Positions 27,604-37,430 of a stretch of DNA of 64,000 nt are shown in pieces. The translations under genes and the position numbers were made by a program. The notes under the pieces are model-generated. The model saw only the letters and a list, made by a program, of their open reading frames with translations. It had not been told where the DNA came from and made no database searches. Numbering within the stretch: position 1 is the stretch's first letter; every line of letters begins with the position of its first letter. Location of the stretch: sequence record ON568341.1; one strand, given 5' to 3'.

Positions 27604-29199
27604 GTGTTAGAAGAAATCAAGAAGTTTTTATCAGAGAAAAATGTTCGTGGTGTTAAATCTGCTCTGCAAGCAAAATCTGTATACATTGAATTCCTGCGAG
27701 AGATGTTTGGTGATATCGATCTTAATGAAATGATTTATATGGTATTGAATGATATTACTTCAGTGCCGAATGCTGAATGTGGTGACAAAGCTAAGTTTAT
27801 AAGTATTACCGAAGGATATTCTTACAAGTGCAATAAACCATTTCAAGGAAAAGGAAAATGCCTTATCTGTTGCTCCGCAGTTGCTAGGAAACGTAAAGAA
27901 ACTTACAAAGAAAAAACTGGTTATGATAACCCGGCACAGAATCCAGAAATTCAAAAGAAAATAGGGTATACCAATGAACAACGTTATGGCACTCGTATTG
28001 CTCAACAATCTGAACAAGTAAAGCAGAAATCAATAGAAACTAATATTAAAAAGTATGGTGTTGTTCATCCATCACAGTTGGAAAGTAATAAACAGCAACG
28101 TTTACAAACGGTACAAGAAAAGTATGGTATCAATAATGTATGGCAACTTAATAAAGGTCTTAGTGCACGTTATGAACAGTTTAAAACACGATTTGAACAG
28201 GATGGTAAATTTACTCTTTTAAGTGATGAATCCCATTATGATAATAGCAATGACGCAACTCATGCAATCATGCACTGGAAATGTAATGAATGTGGTAATG
28301 AGTTTGATAAAGTTGCTCTTTGCTTACGCTGCCCTAAGTGTGAACCATATTCATCCAGTACTGAAGAAGTAAATCTTTATAATTACATTACCTCTATCTA
28401 TAGTGGTGTGGTTATTCAAAACAGCCGCAACATCATCAAAGGTAATGAGATTGATATCTTCATCCCAGAATTGAAACTTGGTATTGAGTTCAATGGTGAG
28501 TATTGGCATCGTGATGAAGTTCGTGGTAAAAACTATCATCAATCCAAATACTTCAAAATGAAGGAAGCAGGATACAAACTTATCACTATCTATAGTAATG
28601 AATGGTCAAATAAAACTGAAATTGTTAAGAATCGTTTGAAAAGTTTGATTAGTGTGGATAGTAAAATCTATGCTCGTAAGTGTGAAGTTAGATTGGTTGC
28701 CCATGAAGAATGTGATAAATTTTTGTATGAACATCATATTCAAGGACCATGCCAATCATCAATCAAACTTGGACTTTACTATAATGATGATTTGGTTGCT
28801 TTGATGACATTTGGTGCACCACGATTTAACAAGCAGTATGAATATGAATTACTGCGTTATTGTTCTAAAGGAACAGTTGTTGGGGGTGCATCGAAACTGT
28901 TAAAACATTTTGAACGTATGTATCTTCCTAAATCTCTTCTTTCATACGCCGATATGAACTGGAGTACTGGTAATTTGTATGAAAAAATTGGTTTTACTTT
29001 AGAAGAAGTAACTCAACCTGGTTATTTTTACTATGATAGAAAAAACGAAGTTGTTTATTCTCGCCATCAATGCCAAAAACAAAAACTTATTAAAAAATAT
29101 AATTTTGATAGTTCTATGACAGAGAAGGAAATGACAAAAGAATTAGGATACTTTAGAATCTATGATTGTGGTAACTTAGTTTATAAAAAGATTTACTAA
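27604..29199 (+). mobile_element. Free-standing Hef-like putative homing endonuclease
   Basis: YG..N..Q repeats, CxxC zinc motifs, EIDIFIPELKLGIEFNGEYWH PD-(D/E)xK-type core, C-terminal IYARKC...YELLRYCS...SYAD domain. Start moved to GTG 27604 (GGAG SD; aligns with the paralogue N-terminus). Confidence 0.75.
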
Positions 29200-29216
29200 A
29201 ATACGGGAGAATACGG

Positions 29217-29567
29217 ATGTTAACTGTATACAAATTTAACAAAGAAGAGTACTTAAAGAGTCAGTACTCAAATATAGAAATAAATGTTCCTTATGGTACG
29301 TTAGTTGGATATGATGAAGCCACTGAAACATTGTATTATAATGATGATAGATTGGATTATAGTTTAGATTCTTTCATAGAAGATATACTTAATACACAAA
29401 CTGAAGATATGTTGTATGAAGAATACATCGATCATTATAGAGAACGTATGTCGGTGCTGCATTCTGATGCTCCTGTACTAAACATAGCACAAGAACCATC
29501 GGAATTTCAGCCACATAATCCTTTTCAACGTTTAATTGATATTGGTTTAAAATTCACTATTAGTTGA
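29217..29567 (+). CDS. Hypothetical protein
   Basis: GGAG SD, 116-aa ORF filling the intergenic space. Confidence 0.6.
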   Translation: MLTVYKFNKEEYLKSQYSNIEINVPYGTLVGYDEATETLYYNDDRLDYSLDSFIEDILNTQTEDMLYEEYIDHYRERMSVLHSDAPVLNIAQEPSEFQPHNPFQRLIDIGLKFTIS

Positions 29568-29606
29568 TAGATAAATATCTCCATATTAATGATGGAGATT
29601 GAATCT

Positions 29607-29915
29607 ATGTCACAGATATGTTATGTTATAATAAACTCTGCATGGCCTGACTATGTTAAGATTGGTTTCACTTCTAAATCTGAAATGACAGAGCGTTTGA
29701 GAACGTATCAGACAGCTACCCCGTTTCGTGATTTTGAAGTTTATCATGAAGTTCACTTTGAAGACGCACGTTTAGCTGAAAAAGAGATACATAAAAGGCT
29801 TAAACAAATGAATGCAACTAGACAACCAAACACGGAGTGGTTTAAAATGTCTAAAAAAATAGCAGCAAACATCATTGATTCTGTGTGGGATGATATGGAT
29901 AACGACTTGCTATAG
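29607..29915 (+). CDS. T5orf172/GIY-YIG-like small nuclease domain protein
   Basis: CYVIINSAWPDYVKIGFT...ERLRTYQT...EWF. Start possibly 29589. Late promoter ATAAATA at 29571-29577. Confidence 0.75.
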   Translation: MSQICYVIINSAWPDYVKIGFTSKSEMTERLRTYQTATPFRDFEVYHEVHFEDARLAEKEIHKRLKQMNATRQPNTEWFKMSKKIAANIIDSVWDDMDNDLL

Positions 29916-29955
29916 GAATAAATATAGTATATATTAATCATAAAGGGATTTATAC

Positions 29956-31566
29956 ATGAGCATAAGTTTTAATAACCCATTGGATACAATGACCAGTACT
30001 GGTGCTAATGGATCTTTAGAACTAATAGTGCTTGGTGGTACACCAACTAACCCAAGACCTATTCGTTTTAATTCGTCATCAGTTATTATACCAGTAAAAA
30101 CACTACCTACTGGTGAGCAAGGTGCAATGGTTTTTGATAGAAATGAATTAGTTTTGAAGTATCATAACGGTACAAGTTGGATTGCAGTGTACGATAATGA
30201 TACTATTTTGGAGCCAATTAGGATTTCACTAGATGAAGTAAACAGAAAACTAAATTTAAAGGTAGAAAGTGTAACATATAGTAGCAGTTCTGTTCCAAGT
30301 GCAAGTATAAGTGGAACTAATTTAAATATTGTATTCCCTACTGTGTCTACGGGTGGTTCTGGCCCTACTGGACTTTATACTTCACTAAAACCTGGGGCTA
30401 TTACACAATATTCATTGACTTCTGGTCAATCGGTTGCTAGTATACGCGAACAAATGTCAGGACAATCGAATGGACAAAGTGGACGAAACGGTTCACAAGG
30501 TGCTCCGTGGAAAACGTCAGACGGTTGGTGTTTTGCTGATGGTATGTGGTGGCAATGGGAGGGGGAAAATGGTACAATTACCAAACAAGTACCAAACCTT
30601 AACCAAAACGCGTATTTAAAAGGTATATCCACATCGGGTGTAACTAAAACTGATAGTGTTATTGGTAGTAGCGGTAATATTAGCGGCACAGTATTAAGTG
30701 TTGCCCAGTTACCATCACACTCATTTAGTTTTAGTGGGACCACTAGTGCTGCTGGTCGTCACGGTCATAGTCAGGCACTAAAAGGTAATGACCGTAGTGG
30801 TCTAAATGCAATAACATCTAGTAGAGATAATGGCATCCCAACTGTAATCAGTAATATTAATGAAGCACCCGACCATGTTCACTCATTTAGTGGAAACACA
30901 AACACACTTGGTGGAAATCAGCCACATTATCATGGCATTAGTAACATTGATGTGGAACACTTAAACGTCGCCTACCTATATAACATTGCTGAATCTAACG
31001 TCGCATTGAGCGAAAAAGTTGCAAATAAACGTTATGTACTAAAAACTGGTGATACAATGACTGGTTCATTGACTATTGCAAACAGTGCATCCATACAGTC
31101 AAATGATACATCATTAGTTCTTTATTTCCGCAATGCAAGTGGTGGTGAACGTGCAGCGGTATATCATAACTCATCAAACAATACCTTGAGATTACGTTCC
31201 GGTGGTGCTGAAGTAGCTGTAAACTCTTCTGGTAACTTATCTGCTCCATCTTTAACTGTTTCTACTAACTCAGCTACTGTTGGTGGCAAAAATATTGTTC
31301 GTTCTATTAACGGAAATGCAGCAGATGGTAATGGTAATGTTACATTACAAATTAGTGCTAATAATGTACAAAGTGTACGTTTGAGTGCAAGAATTGAAAC
31401 TGGTAAAATGTCTGACAAGTCGTGGACATATACACCGGAGGGTTCCTTTATGGATGGAATATATCTTTCTGTAAATGGTAGCTCTGGTACACACGTCGAA
31501 CGCCTAAGTTATCGTTTTATTCAAGTACAAATTAATGGCAACTGGGAAACTGTACGTCCACAATAA
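29956..31566 (+). CDS. Tail fibre protein
   Basis: Collar-like GTVLSVAQLPSHSFS/HSFSGNT repeats, KTGDTMTGSL, VRSINGNAADGNGNVTL and VQSVRLS...YRFIQVQINGNW tip; late promoter at 29918-29924. Confidence 0.88.
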   Translation: MSISFNNPLDTMTSTGANGSLELIVLGGTPTNPRPIRFNSSSVIIPVKTLPTGEQGAMVFDRNELVLKYHNGTSWIAVYDNDTILEPIRISLDEVNRKLNLKVESVTYSSSSVPSASISGTNLNIVFPTVSTGGSGPTGLYTSLKPGAITQYSLTSGQSVASIREQMSGQSNGQSGRNGSQGAPWKTSDGWCFADGMWWQWEGENGTITKQVPNLNQNAYLKGISTSGVTKTDSVIGSSGNISGTVLSVAQLPSHSFSFSGTTSAAGRHGHSQALKGNDRSGLNAITSSRDNGIPTVISNINEAPDHVHSFSGNTNTLGGNQPHYHGISNIDVEHLNVAYLYNIAESNVALSEKVANKRYVLKTGDTMTGSLTIANSASIQSNDTSLVLYFRNASGGERAAVYHNSSNNTLRLRSGGAEVAVNSSGNLSAPSLTVSTNSATVGGKNIVRSINGNAADGNGNVTLQISANNVQSVRLSARIETGKMSDKSWTYTPEGSFMDGIYLSVNGSSGTHVERLSYRFIQVQINGNWETVRPQ

Positions 31567-31576
31567 GGAGTGTGTG

Positions 31577-32086
31577 ATGCAATTAACAAATTTTAAGATG
31601 TATGACAAAGAAGGTGGTAATTCTAATTCATTATATATGATTTCTGATGAAGGTATGGATTGGTATGATTCTCGTGGATTGTTTGACATTAATAAAGCAA
31701 AATTTATGTATGATAATAATGGTCTGATTGTTTCAGCATCATACAACATTCACGAATTAGTACCTTTGGGTTTTAGCGTTGCTGAAATAGATTATGATGG
31801 GGATATCAATAAACTATATGGTATGGTTTATGATGGTAACACTATTAGTGAATATGTTGAAACTAAAGAAGAAAAAAATGAACGCTTAAAAAATGAATTG
31901 GCAAATTTAAAATATATGGCAATCCAAGAAATCAGCCACTTAAAAACCGCTATGGATCTTGGTTTAGCAACGGATGAAGAATCAGTATTGTTTGGGAAAT
32001 TAAAAGAATATGTAACACAATTATCTTCAATTAAACCAGCAGATATGATTAAGAAAACATTTTCATTCCCAGTTAAACCTGAATAA
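31577..32086 (+). CDS. Tail fibre assembly chaperone
   Basis: LYMISDEGMDWYDS...ELVPLGFSVAEI and AMDLGLATDEE...FPVKPE (Tfa/Caudo_TAP-like); start moved to ATG 31577 after AGGAG. Confidence 0.8.
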   Translation: MQLTNFKMYDKEGGNSNSLYMISDEGMDWYDSRGLFDINKAKFMYDNNGLIVSASYNIHELVPLGFSVAEIDYDGDINKLYGMVYDGNTISEYVETKEEKNERLKNELANLKYMAIQEISHLKTAMDLGLATDEESVLFGKLKEYVTQLSSIKPADMIKKTFSFPVKPE

Positions 32087-32090
32087 AAAA

Positions 32091-32120
32091 TTGGGACAGT
32101 GGATATAACTGTGATACACT
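32091..32120 (+). promoter_or_regulatory. TTGGGACA-16-TACACT promoter
   Basis: Same spacing and TGn extension as the other promoters of this class; upstream of dsbA-like and polymerase genes. Confidence 0.6.
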
Positions 32121-32183
32121 TAAGTCATCTCACTAATGGTAGTGAGATGACATTTTTTCAAAACACATGGAGATATACAAAAA

Positions 32184-32486
32184 ATGGCTAAATCTAAAAA
32201 AGAAGTTAAAGTAGAAATTCGTGATCTAAACGATGAACAACGTAAACGTCTCGGTGATGCACTTAATAACATTGTTGTACAACTTACTTTCATTGATGAT
32301 ACCAAAGCATCCTTGTCAGATTTTGTTTCTAGTATTTCAGATGAACTAGGTATCAATGCATCTGATATCAAGCAAGCTGCACAGCGTATGTACAAAGGTG
32401 ATTACTTTGATAAACAAAGCAAACTAGATAACATCGAAACTATCCTAAGTGTTACTAATAATCTACCACAAGCAGATGATTACTAA
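32184..32486 (+). CDS. dsDNA-binding protein (T4 DsbA/GapR-like)
   Basis: ISDELGINASDIKQAAQRMYK resembles T4 DsbA (AKDELGVDGKMFNRLLALYHK) in size and pattern. Confidence 0.6.
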   Translation: MAKSKKEVKVEIRDLNDEQRKRLGDALNNIVVQLTFIDDTKASLSDFVSSISDELGINASDIKQAAQRMYKGDYFDKQSKLDNIETILSVTNNLPQADDY

Positions 32487-32509
32487 TTTCTAATAAAATA
32501 TATTCAATG

Positions 32510-32536
32510 GCCTCCAGTGACGGAGGCTTTCTTTTT
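32510..32536 (+). terminator. Rho-independent terminator
   Basis: GCCTCC-AGTGAC-GGAGGC-TTTCTTTTT. Confidence 0.75.
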
Positions 32537-32565
32537 AACTTAATAAACGTAAGGGAATATAAACG

Positions 32566-35500
32566 ATGTATATCGATGCTTATATGGAACGTAAACGTAC
32601 TGGTGATATTCTTCATGTTGTGGAACGTAAAAATGGTAAACGCATTCTACGTGAATTGGACCCAGTATATGAATATTATGTTGAATCACCACAAGGAACA
32701 CATAAAACTGTTTATGGTACAATGGCTAAACATTTTGAGTTTCAAACCCAAGCTCAAATGAATAAAAGTGTAGAGAAACACAAAAGTGAAGGTCTACGTA
32801 TTTTTGAAAGTGATTGTAATATCATATTCAAAACCTTAGCTAAAGAATATATGGGGAAAGGTTCACCAGATTTGAATATCGTATTCTTCGATATTGAGAC
32901 TGACTTCCATAAGAAATTTGGTTATGCTCCACCATCGGACCCATTTAACCGCGTAACTGCTATTTCTTTATATCAATCATGGACTGGAAAAGATTATGTA
33001 CTTACTTTACCACCAGTTGATATGGAAATTTATGAAGCACAAGATATTGTTCGTAAACTAAATGAAGAAACAAATGATCCTAACAGTACTGTGATTCTAT
33101 ATACAGACGAAAAGGAAATGTTTATGGAATTCTTTAGTTTAATTGATGACTCTGATGTTATTTCAGGATGGAATAGTGAATTTTTTGATATTCCATATAT
33201 GATCAATCGAACTAAAAAAATCTTCAATGAAGCAACGACTGCTCGTTGGTGTTTATGGAATAAAAAACCAAATTCACGTGAAGCCGATAACTTTGGAAAA
33301 ACTGTACAAACTTATGATCTGGTAGGACGTGTTCATCTAGATTACTTGGCTTTGTATAAAAAACATGCTGGGCAAGTTGAACAATCTTATAAACTAGATT
33401 ATATTGCTGAAAAAGTAACAAAAGAAAATAAAGTATCTTATGAAGGTTCATTGGATAAACTTTATAGAGAAGATTACATTACTTTCTTGCGTTATTCTAA
33501 ACAGGATAGTATTCTTCTTAAAAAGATTGATGCTAAATGTGACTATATCAACCTACACAATCGTCTTGCACATAAAGAGTGTGTACTTATTAGTACAACA
33601 ATGGGTTCAGTAGCACTAATTGACACTGCTATTATTAACTTAGCACATAGCCGTGGTGAAGTTGTTTTTAACAAAGCACCTAAAGACGATGTTGAGTTTG
33701 ATCCAGAAATGGAATATTATAGTGATGATGGTGAAGATGAAGAAGAGAAAATCAGTGCAAAAGCCGCAGGTGCATGGGTACAAGATCCAGTTTTGGGACT
33801 TGTAAGTGACCTTGGATGTACTGACTTTAACTCTCTTTATCCTACAGTTCTACGTACATTGGGAATGAGCACAGAATGTATTCTTGGTCAATTACGTCAA
33901 GATTATACGGATGCGTATCTTGCAGCTAAAATTCAGGAACAGAAAAATAAATCCAAATCTAGATCATTTGAACCAGACTGGACTGCCGCATGGCATGGTT
34001 TGTTTGCTGCTGTTGAGTTCACTATGGTTCATGAAAAGTCAGAAGAAACATTGATTGTAGATTTAGAAGATGGGAGTTCTTTTAAAGCAACTGGAAAAGA
34101 ACTATATGATATTATTTTTGCAGAAGATAGTACTATTGTTCTAAGTGCAAATGGAACCTTGTTTGATAAATCAAAATCTGGTGTAATTCCAGATATTCTT
34201 ACACAATGGTATTCTGAACGTAAAGCTCAACAAAAAATGGTTATTGATTACAAACATATGTGTACTGATGGTTGGGAGTTTAATGGTCATGAAAAAGTTG
34301 AACCACTATTGACAAACTATACCCCAGGAACTATGTTTAGAACTAATATCCATGATAACGATCCTGTATACTTACTTCGCAAAGAAATTGGCAAAGGACA
34401 ATGGGATGAAGTTGCTAAGTTGATTGTAGAAAATGGATTAGTACTTAAAGATGGTCGCATTTACTGTCCTAAAGAAGAAAAAGATTACTTCAAACAACGT
34501 AGTGCTTTCTGGAAACAGAACCAACAGATTCGTAAAATTCTTCTAAACAGTCTATATGGTGCACTACTGAACAAAGGTTCTCGTTTCTTTGATAAGCGTT
34601 TGGGTCAATCTGTCACATTAACTGGTCGTTCGATGACTAAGCATATGGCAAGTCGTATCAATGAAATTACAACTGGTGTATATATTCATCACGGCGGTTC
34701 TGTGATCTATGGGGACACTGACTCTGTGTACTTTAGTGTAACGCATTATCTAAAAGAACAAGGCATTCCATATAATTTATCTAAAGAAGAAATTGTTGAT
34801 ATGTATATTAAAATTGGTGAAGAAGTTGGTGAATCTTTTCCATCATTTATGCATCAAATGTTCAACACTGGTATTGAAAAAGGTAAGATTGTTGGGGCAG
34901 ACCTTGAGATGGTTGGTTCCCGTGGATTATTCTTGAAGAAAAAACGTTATGCAATTTTGAAGTACTGGGAAGATGGATTTCGCAAAGATATTGATGGTAA
35001 ACCTGGTGAAATCAAAGCTATGGGTCTTGAAATTAAACGTTCAGATACACCAAAATACATCCAGAACTTCCTAGAAGAGACTCTAATTGCACTACTGGTA
35101 GGTGAGAATGAACAACAGTTAAAACAGCGTGTACGTGCTTTTAAGGACGTATTTAAAGATATGCCTGTGCATGAAAAAGGCTCACCAAAAACTGTAAAAA
35201 ACTACACAAATTTAGAGGCCGAATATCAACTAACAGGTAAGTGTAAGGTTGGGCACGTTCTTGCTGGTATTCAATGGAACCGCTTACGTGAAGTTTATGA
35301 TGATAAAACTGTCCCAGAAGTAACTGATGGAACAAAAGTAATTGTTTGTAACTTAAAAGATAATCCAATGGGGATTAAAGCAGTTGGTTATCCAATTGAC
35401 TGTGTTGAGTATCTACCTGAATGGTTCTTAGAACTACCATTTGACACTGAAAAAATGGAAGAGATTGTTCTAACTAAAAAATTAGAGAATATTTTTGGTA

Positions 35501-35571
35501 TTTTAGATATGGATATTGGTATTCATGAAAAAAGTACTGCATCAGTAAACAATGGATTCTTCACTTGGTAA
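32566..35571 (+). CDS. gp43: Family B DNA polymerase
   Basis: Exo I FDIETD, DFNSLYP, KILLNSLYG, YGDTDS, KKRY motifs. Confidence 0.97.
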   Translation: MYIDAYMERKRTGDILHVVERKNGKRILRELDPVYEYYVESPQGTHKTVYGTMAKHFEFQTQAQMNKSVEKHKSEGLRIFESDCNIIFKTLAKEYMGKGSPDLNIVFFDIETDFHKKFGYAPPSDPFNRVTAISLYQSWTGKDYVLTLPPVDMEIYEAQDIVRKLNEETNDPNSTVILYTDEKEMFMEFFSLIDDSDVISGWNSEFFDIPYMINRTKKIFNEATTARWCLWNKKPNSREADNFGKTVQTYDLVGRVHLDYLALYKKHAGQVEQSYKLDYIAEKVTKENKVSYEGSLDKLYREDYITFLRYSKQDSILLKKIDAKCDYINLHNRLAHKECVLISTTMGSVALIDTAIINLAHSRGEVVFNKAPKDDVEFDPEMEYYSDDGEDEEEKISAKAAGAWVQDPVLGLVSDLGCTDFNSLYPTVLRTLGMSTECILGQLRQDYTDAYLAAKIQEQKNKSKSRSFEPDWTAAWHGLFAAVEFTMVHEKSEETLIVDLEDGSSFKATGKELYDIIFAEDSTIVLSANGTLFDKSKSGVIPDILTQWYSERKAQQKMVIDYKHMCTDGWEFNGHEKVEPLLTNYTPGTMFRTNIHDNDPVYLLRKEIGKGQWDEVAKLIVENGLVLKDGRIYCPKEEKDYFKQRSAFWKQNQQIRKILLNSLYGALLNKGSRFFDKRLGQSVTLTGRSMTKHMASRINEITTGVYIHHGGSVIYGDTDSVYFSVTHYLKEQGIPYNLSKEEIVDMYIKIGEEVGESFPSFMHQMFNTGIEKGKIVGADLEMVGSRGLFLKKKRYAILKYWEDGFRKDIDGKPGEIKAMGLEIKRSDTPKYIQNFLEETLIALLVGENEQQLKQRVRAFKDVFKDMPVHEKGSPKTVKNYTNLEAEYQLTGKCKVGHVLAGIQWNRLREVYDDKTVPEVTDGTKVIVCNLKDNPMGIKAVGYPIDCVEYLPEWFLELPFDTEKMEEIVLTKKLENIFGILDMDIGIHEKSTASVNNGFFTW

Positions 35572-35584
35572 GGAGTTAGATAAT

Positions 35585-35734
35585 ATGGTTATTGTAAATG
35601 AAATCGAACTAAATTATGATGAAGTAAACGACACTTTCACCAATGCAGTATTGAACATTACTGAAGAAAGTGTAAATGATGCATGGGAAAAATATGTAGA
35701 ATGGGCTGCATTACAAGGTAAAAATAATGAGTAA
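35585..35734 (+). CDS. Small hypothetical protein
   Basis: AAGGAG SD before ATG 35585; coupled to the next ORF. Confidence 0.5.
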   Translation: MVIVNEIELNYDEVNDTFTNAVLNITEESVNDAWEKYVEWAALQGKNNE

Positions 35735-36023
35735 TATATATAAGCGTATTGGAGAAGTTCTGGAAGGTAATGGTATCATTAATTCAGTTCTAGCATACGA
35801 TAATAATGAAGAGATGGTTCTAATTGGTGCTGGTTTTACCCGCACTGGTTCGGTGGAAGTTGATGGCGAAATTGCTGATATCTACACTATTGTGAAAAAG
35901 CGTAATGTTGTTTTTGTGGATGATGTGTATACATTAAAAGACTTGGCAAATTTACGTAATAAAATTGGCATGAGTTCCACTATTGATAAACCTTATCTTA
36001 AACGTTGGAACACAAAATTCTGA
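35727..36023 (+). CDS. Hypothetical protein
   Basis: 98-aa ORF overlapping the upstream stop. Confidence 0.6.
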   Translation: MSNIYKRIGEVLEGNGIINSVLAYDNNEEMVLIGAGFTRTGSVEVDGEIADIYTIVKKRNVVFVDDVYTLKDLANLRNKIGMSSTIDKPYLKRWNTKF

Positions 36024-36031
36024 TAAAAAAA

Positions 36032-36062
36032 ATGAGACAAGCATCATTTTTTGAGATATAAT
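36032..36062 (+). promoter_or_regulatory. ATGAGACA-17-TATAAT promoter
   Basis: Upstream of the clamp-like gene; variant spacer. Confidence 0.6.
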
Positions 36063-36125
36063 GGTGCTTGTAGTAATCTGACATAAACACATTTTTGATT
36101 AACAAATAGAACGGAGAATTATATA

Positions 36126-36857
36126 ATGGATCTACGCAACGTATTACGTGACCTTGTAAACACAACCAGTGGTATTGACTTCTCTTGTATTGCTGTAAGT
36201 AGTGAAGACCGTGGTGAAGGGCAACGTGTATATCTAGAAGCGTACACAGATGACCGAACTCTAGTGATGCGAGCATATACTAAAGAGGATGTTCCTGAAG
36301 TTCAGGGTCGCTTTGGGTTAGGAAATCTAGGTCTTCTTCAGGGTCTAATGTCTCTAAAAACATACAGTACTGAAGGAACAACAATCACATCAAATGTCAA
36401 AGACGGTTCTGTAAAAAGTCTAGCATTTAAATCTGAAGATGCAAGCACTACATTTATGGTACAAGCTGAAAAACTTATTCCAGTACAACCACGTTTTCAT
36501 GAACAACCATATGACGTACAGGTTATTCCTAGTGCAGCAAAAGTTCAAGAACTAAAGAGTTTTTCTGGTGTATTTAAATCATTCAGTTCTCTCGTAACTC
36601 CGTATACTGATGGTGACACACTATACTTTCACGTTGGTGAGAAAAACAAAAGCAACCACGTTGGTTCACTAGCTTTTTCTAAAACTGATGGAGAATTGGG
36701 ACTTGGATTTGGATATAATATTGATCGAGTACTTCAAGCACTATCTCGTGTCTCTAATGCTGAATCTGTATCACTTGGTATCACAAAAACTGGTATGTTA
36801 AATGTCACACTAGATACTGGAATTGCTGTATACAAATTTTATGTAACTGGTTGCTAA
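36126..36857 (+). CDS. gp45: DNA polymerase sliding clamp (gp45-like)
   Basis: ~240 aa, two-domain beta-rich pattern, FGLGNLGLLQGLM, near the polymerase. Confidence 0.6.
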   Translation: MDLRNVLRDLVNTTSGIDFSCIAVSSEDRGEGQRVYLEAYTDDRTLVMRAYTKEDVPEVQGRFGLGNLGLLQGLMSLKTYSTEGTTITSNVKDGSVKSLAFKSEDASTTFMVQAEKLIPVQPRFHEQPYDVQVIPSAAKVQELKSFSGVFKSFSSLVTPYTDGDTLYFHVGEKNKSNHVGSLAFSKTDGELGLGFGYNIDRVLQALSRVSNAESVSLGITKTGMLNVTLDTGIAVYKFYVTGC

Positions 36858-36887
36858 TATAAATAACGGGGAACAAGTTGTTCCCCG
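36858..36887 (+). promoter_or_regulatory. Late promoter TATAAATA with immediate 9-bp hairpin
   Basis: tataaata 36858-65; CGGGGAACA/TGTTCCCCG 36867-87. Confidence 0.6.
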
Positions 36888-36922
36888 AATTAGTTTGATT
36901 TAAAAGTAAAGGAATACAAAAA

Positions 36923-37129
36923 ATGCCATTATATACATATCGTTGTGAAAAAGAAGAATGTAAACATAGTATGGAAAAAATTGTTAAAATTGCTAATCGT
37001 GATGAACCCCATGACTGTCCTAAATGTAATGGTAAAAAGACTATGAAGTTAGAAGTATTCACACCAGGTGATAAAGGTGCTAATCTTTATTTCCGTGGAA
37101 AATGGTTTGCAAATACTGGAGGATACTGA
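36923..37129 (+). CDS. FmdB-family zinc-ribbon protein
   Basis: MPLYTYRCEKEEC...CPKC, FRGKWFANTGGY. Confidence 0.85.
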   Translation: MPLYTYRCEKEECKHSMEKIVKIANRDEPHDCPKCNGKKTMKLEVFTPGDKGANLYFRGKWFANTGGY

Positions 37130-37130
37130 T

Positions 37131-37430
37131 ATGAAAATTAAAATGATTAATGATTACGTTCTTGTTCGTCAAATTGAAGCACAGAATAAAAGTTCTGGTG
37201 GTATTATTCTAGGGAATGTTGAGCCACCATGCATTGGTATGGTAATTTCCGTTGGTCCAGGTAAAGTTCTACCGAACGGACAACTAGCAGAGCATGATAT
37301 TAAAGAAGGTGATATGGTTGTATTTGGACGTTCATCTTTGAACACTCCCCTAACTGAAGATCTTGGTGGTGGAGAAGACACATACTATGTAATGAAAATC
37401 GAAGAGATTTTTGGTAAGAAAAATGGCTAA
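37131..37430 (+). CDS. groES: GroES-like co-chaperonin
   Basis: IKMINDYVLVR...SSGGIILG...GMVISVGPGK...GDMVVF; start moved to ATG 37131 after GGAGG. Confidence 0.92.
   Translation: MKIKMINDYVLVRQIEAQNKSSGGIILGNVEPPCIGMVISVGPGKVLPNGQLAEHDIKEGDMVVFGRSSLNTPLTEDLGGGEDTYYVMKIEEIFGKKNG

Noticed and set aside
32566-35571. Intein, intron or split in the DNA polymerase
   Set aside because: Single uninterrupted ORF; the fingers insertion lacks splicing termini
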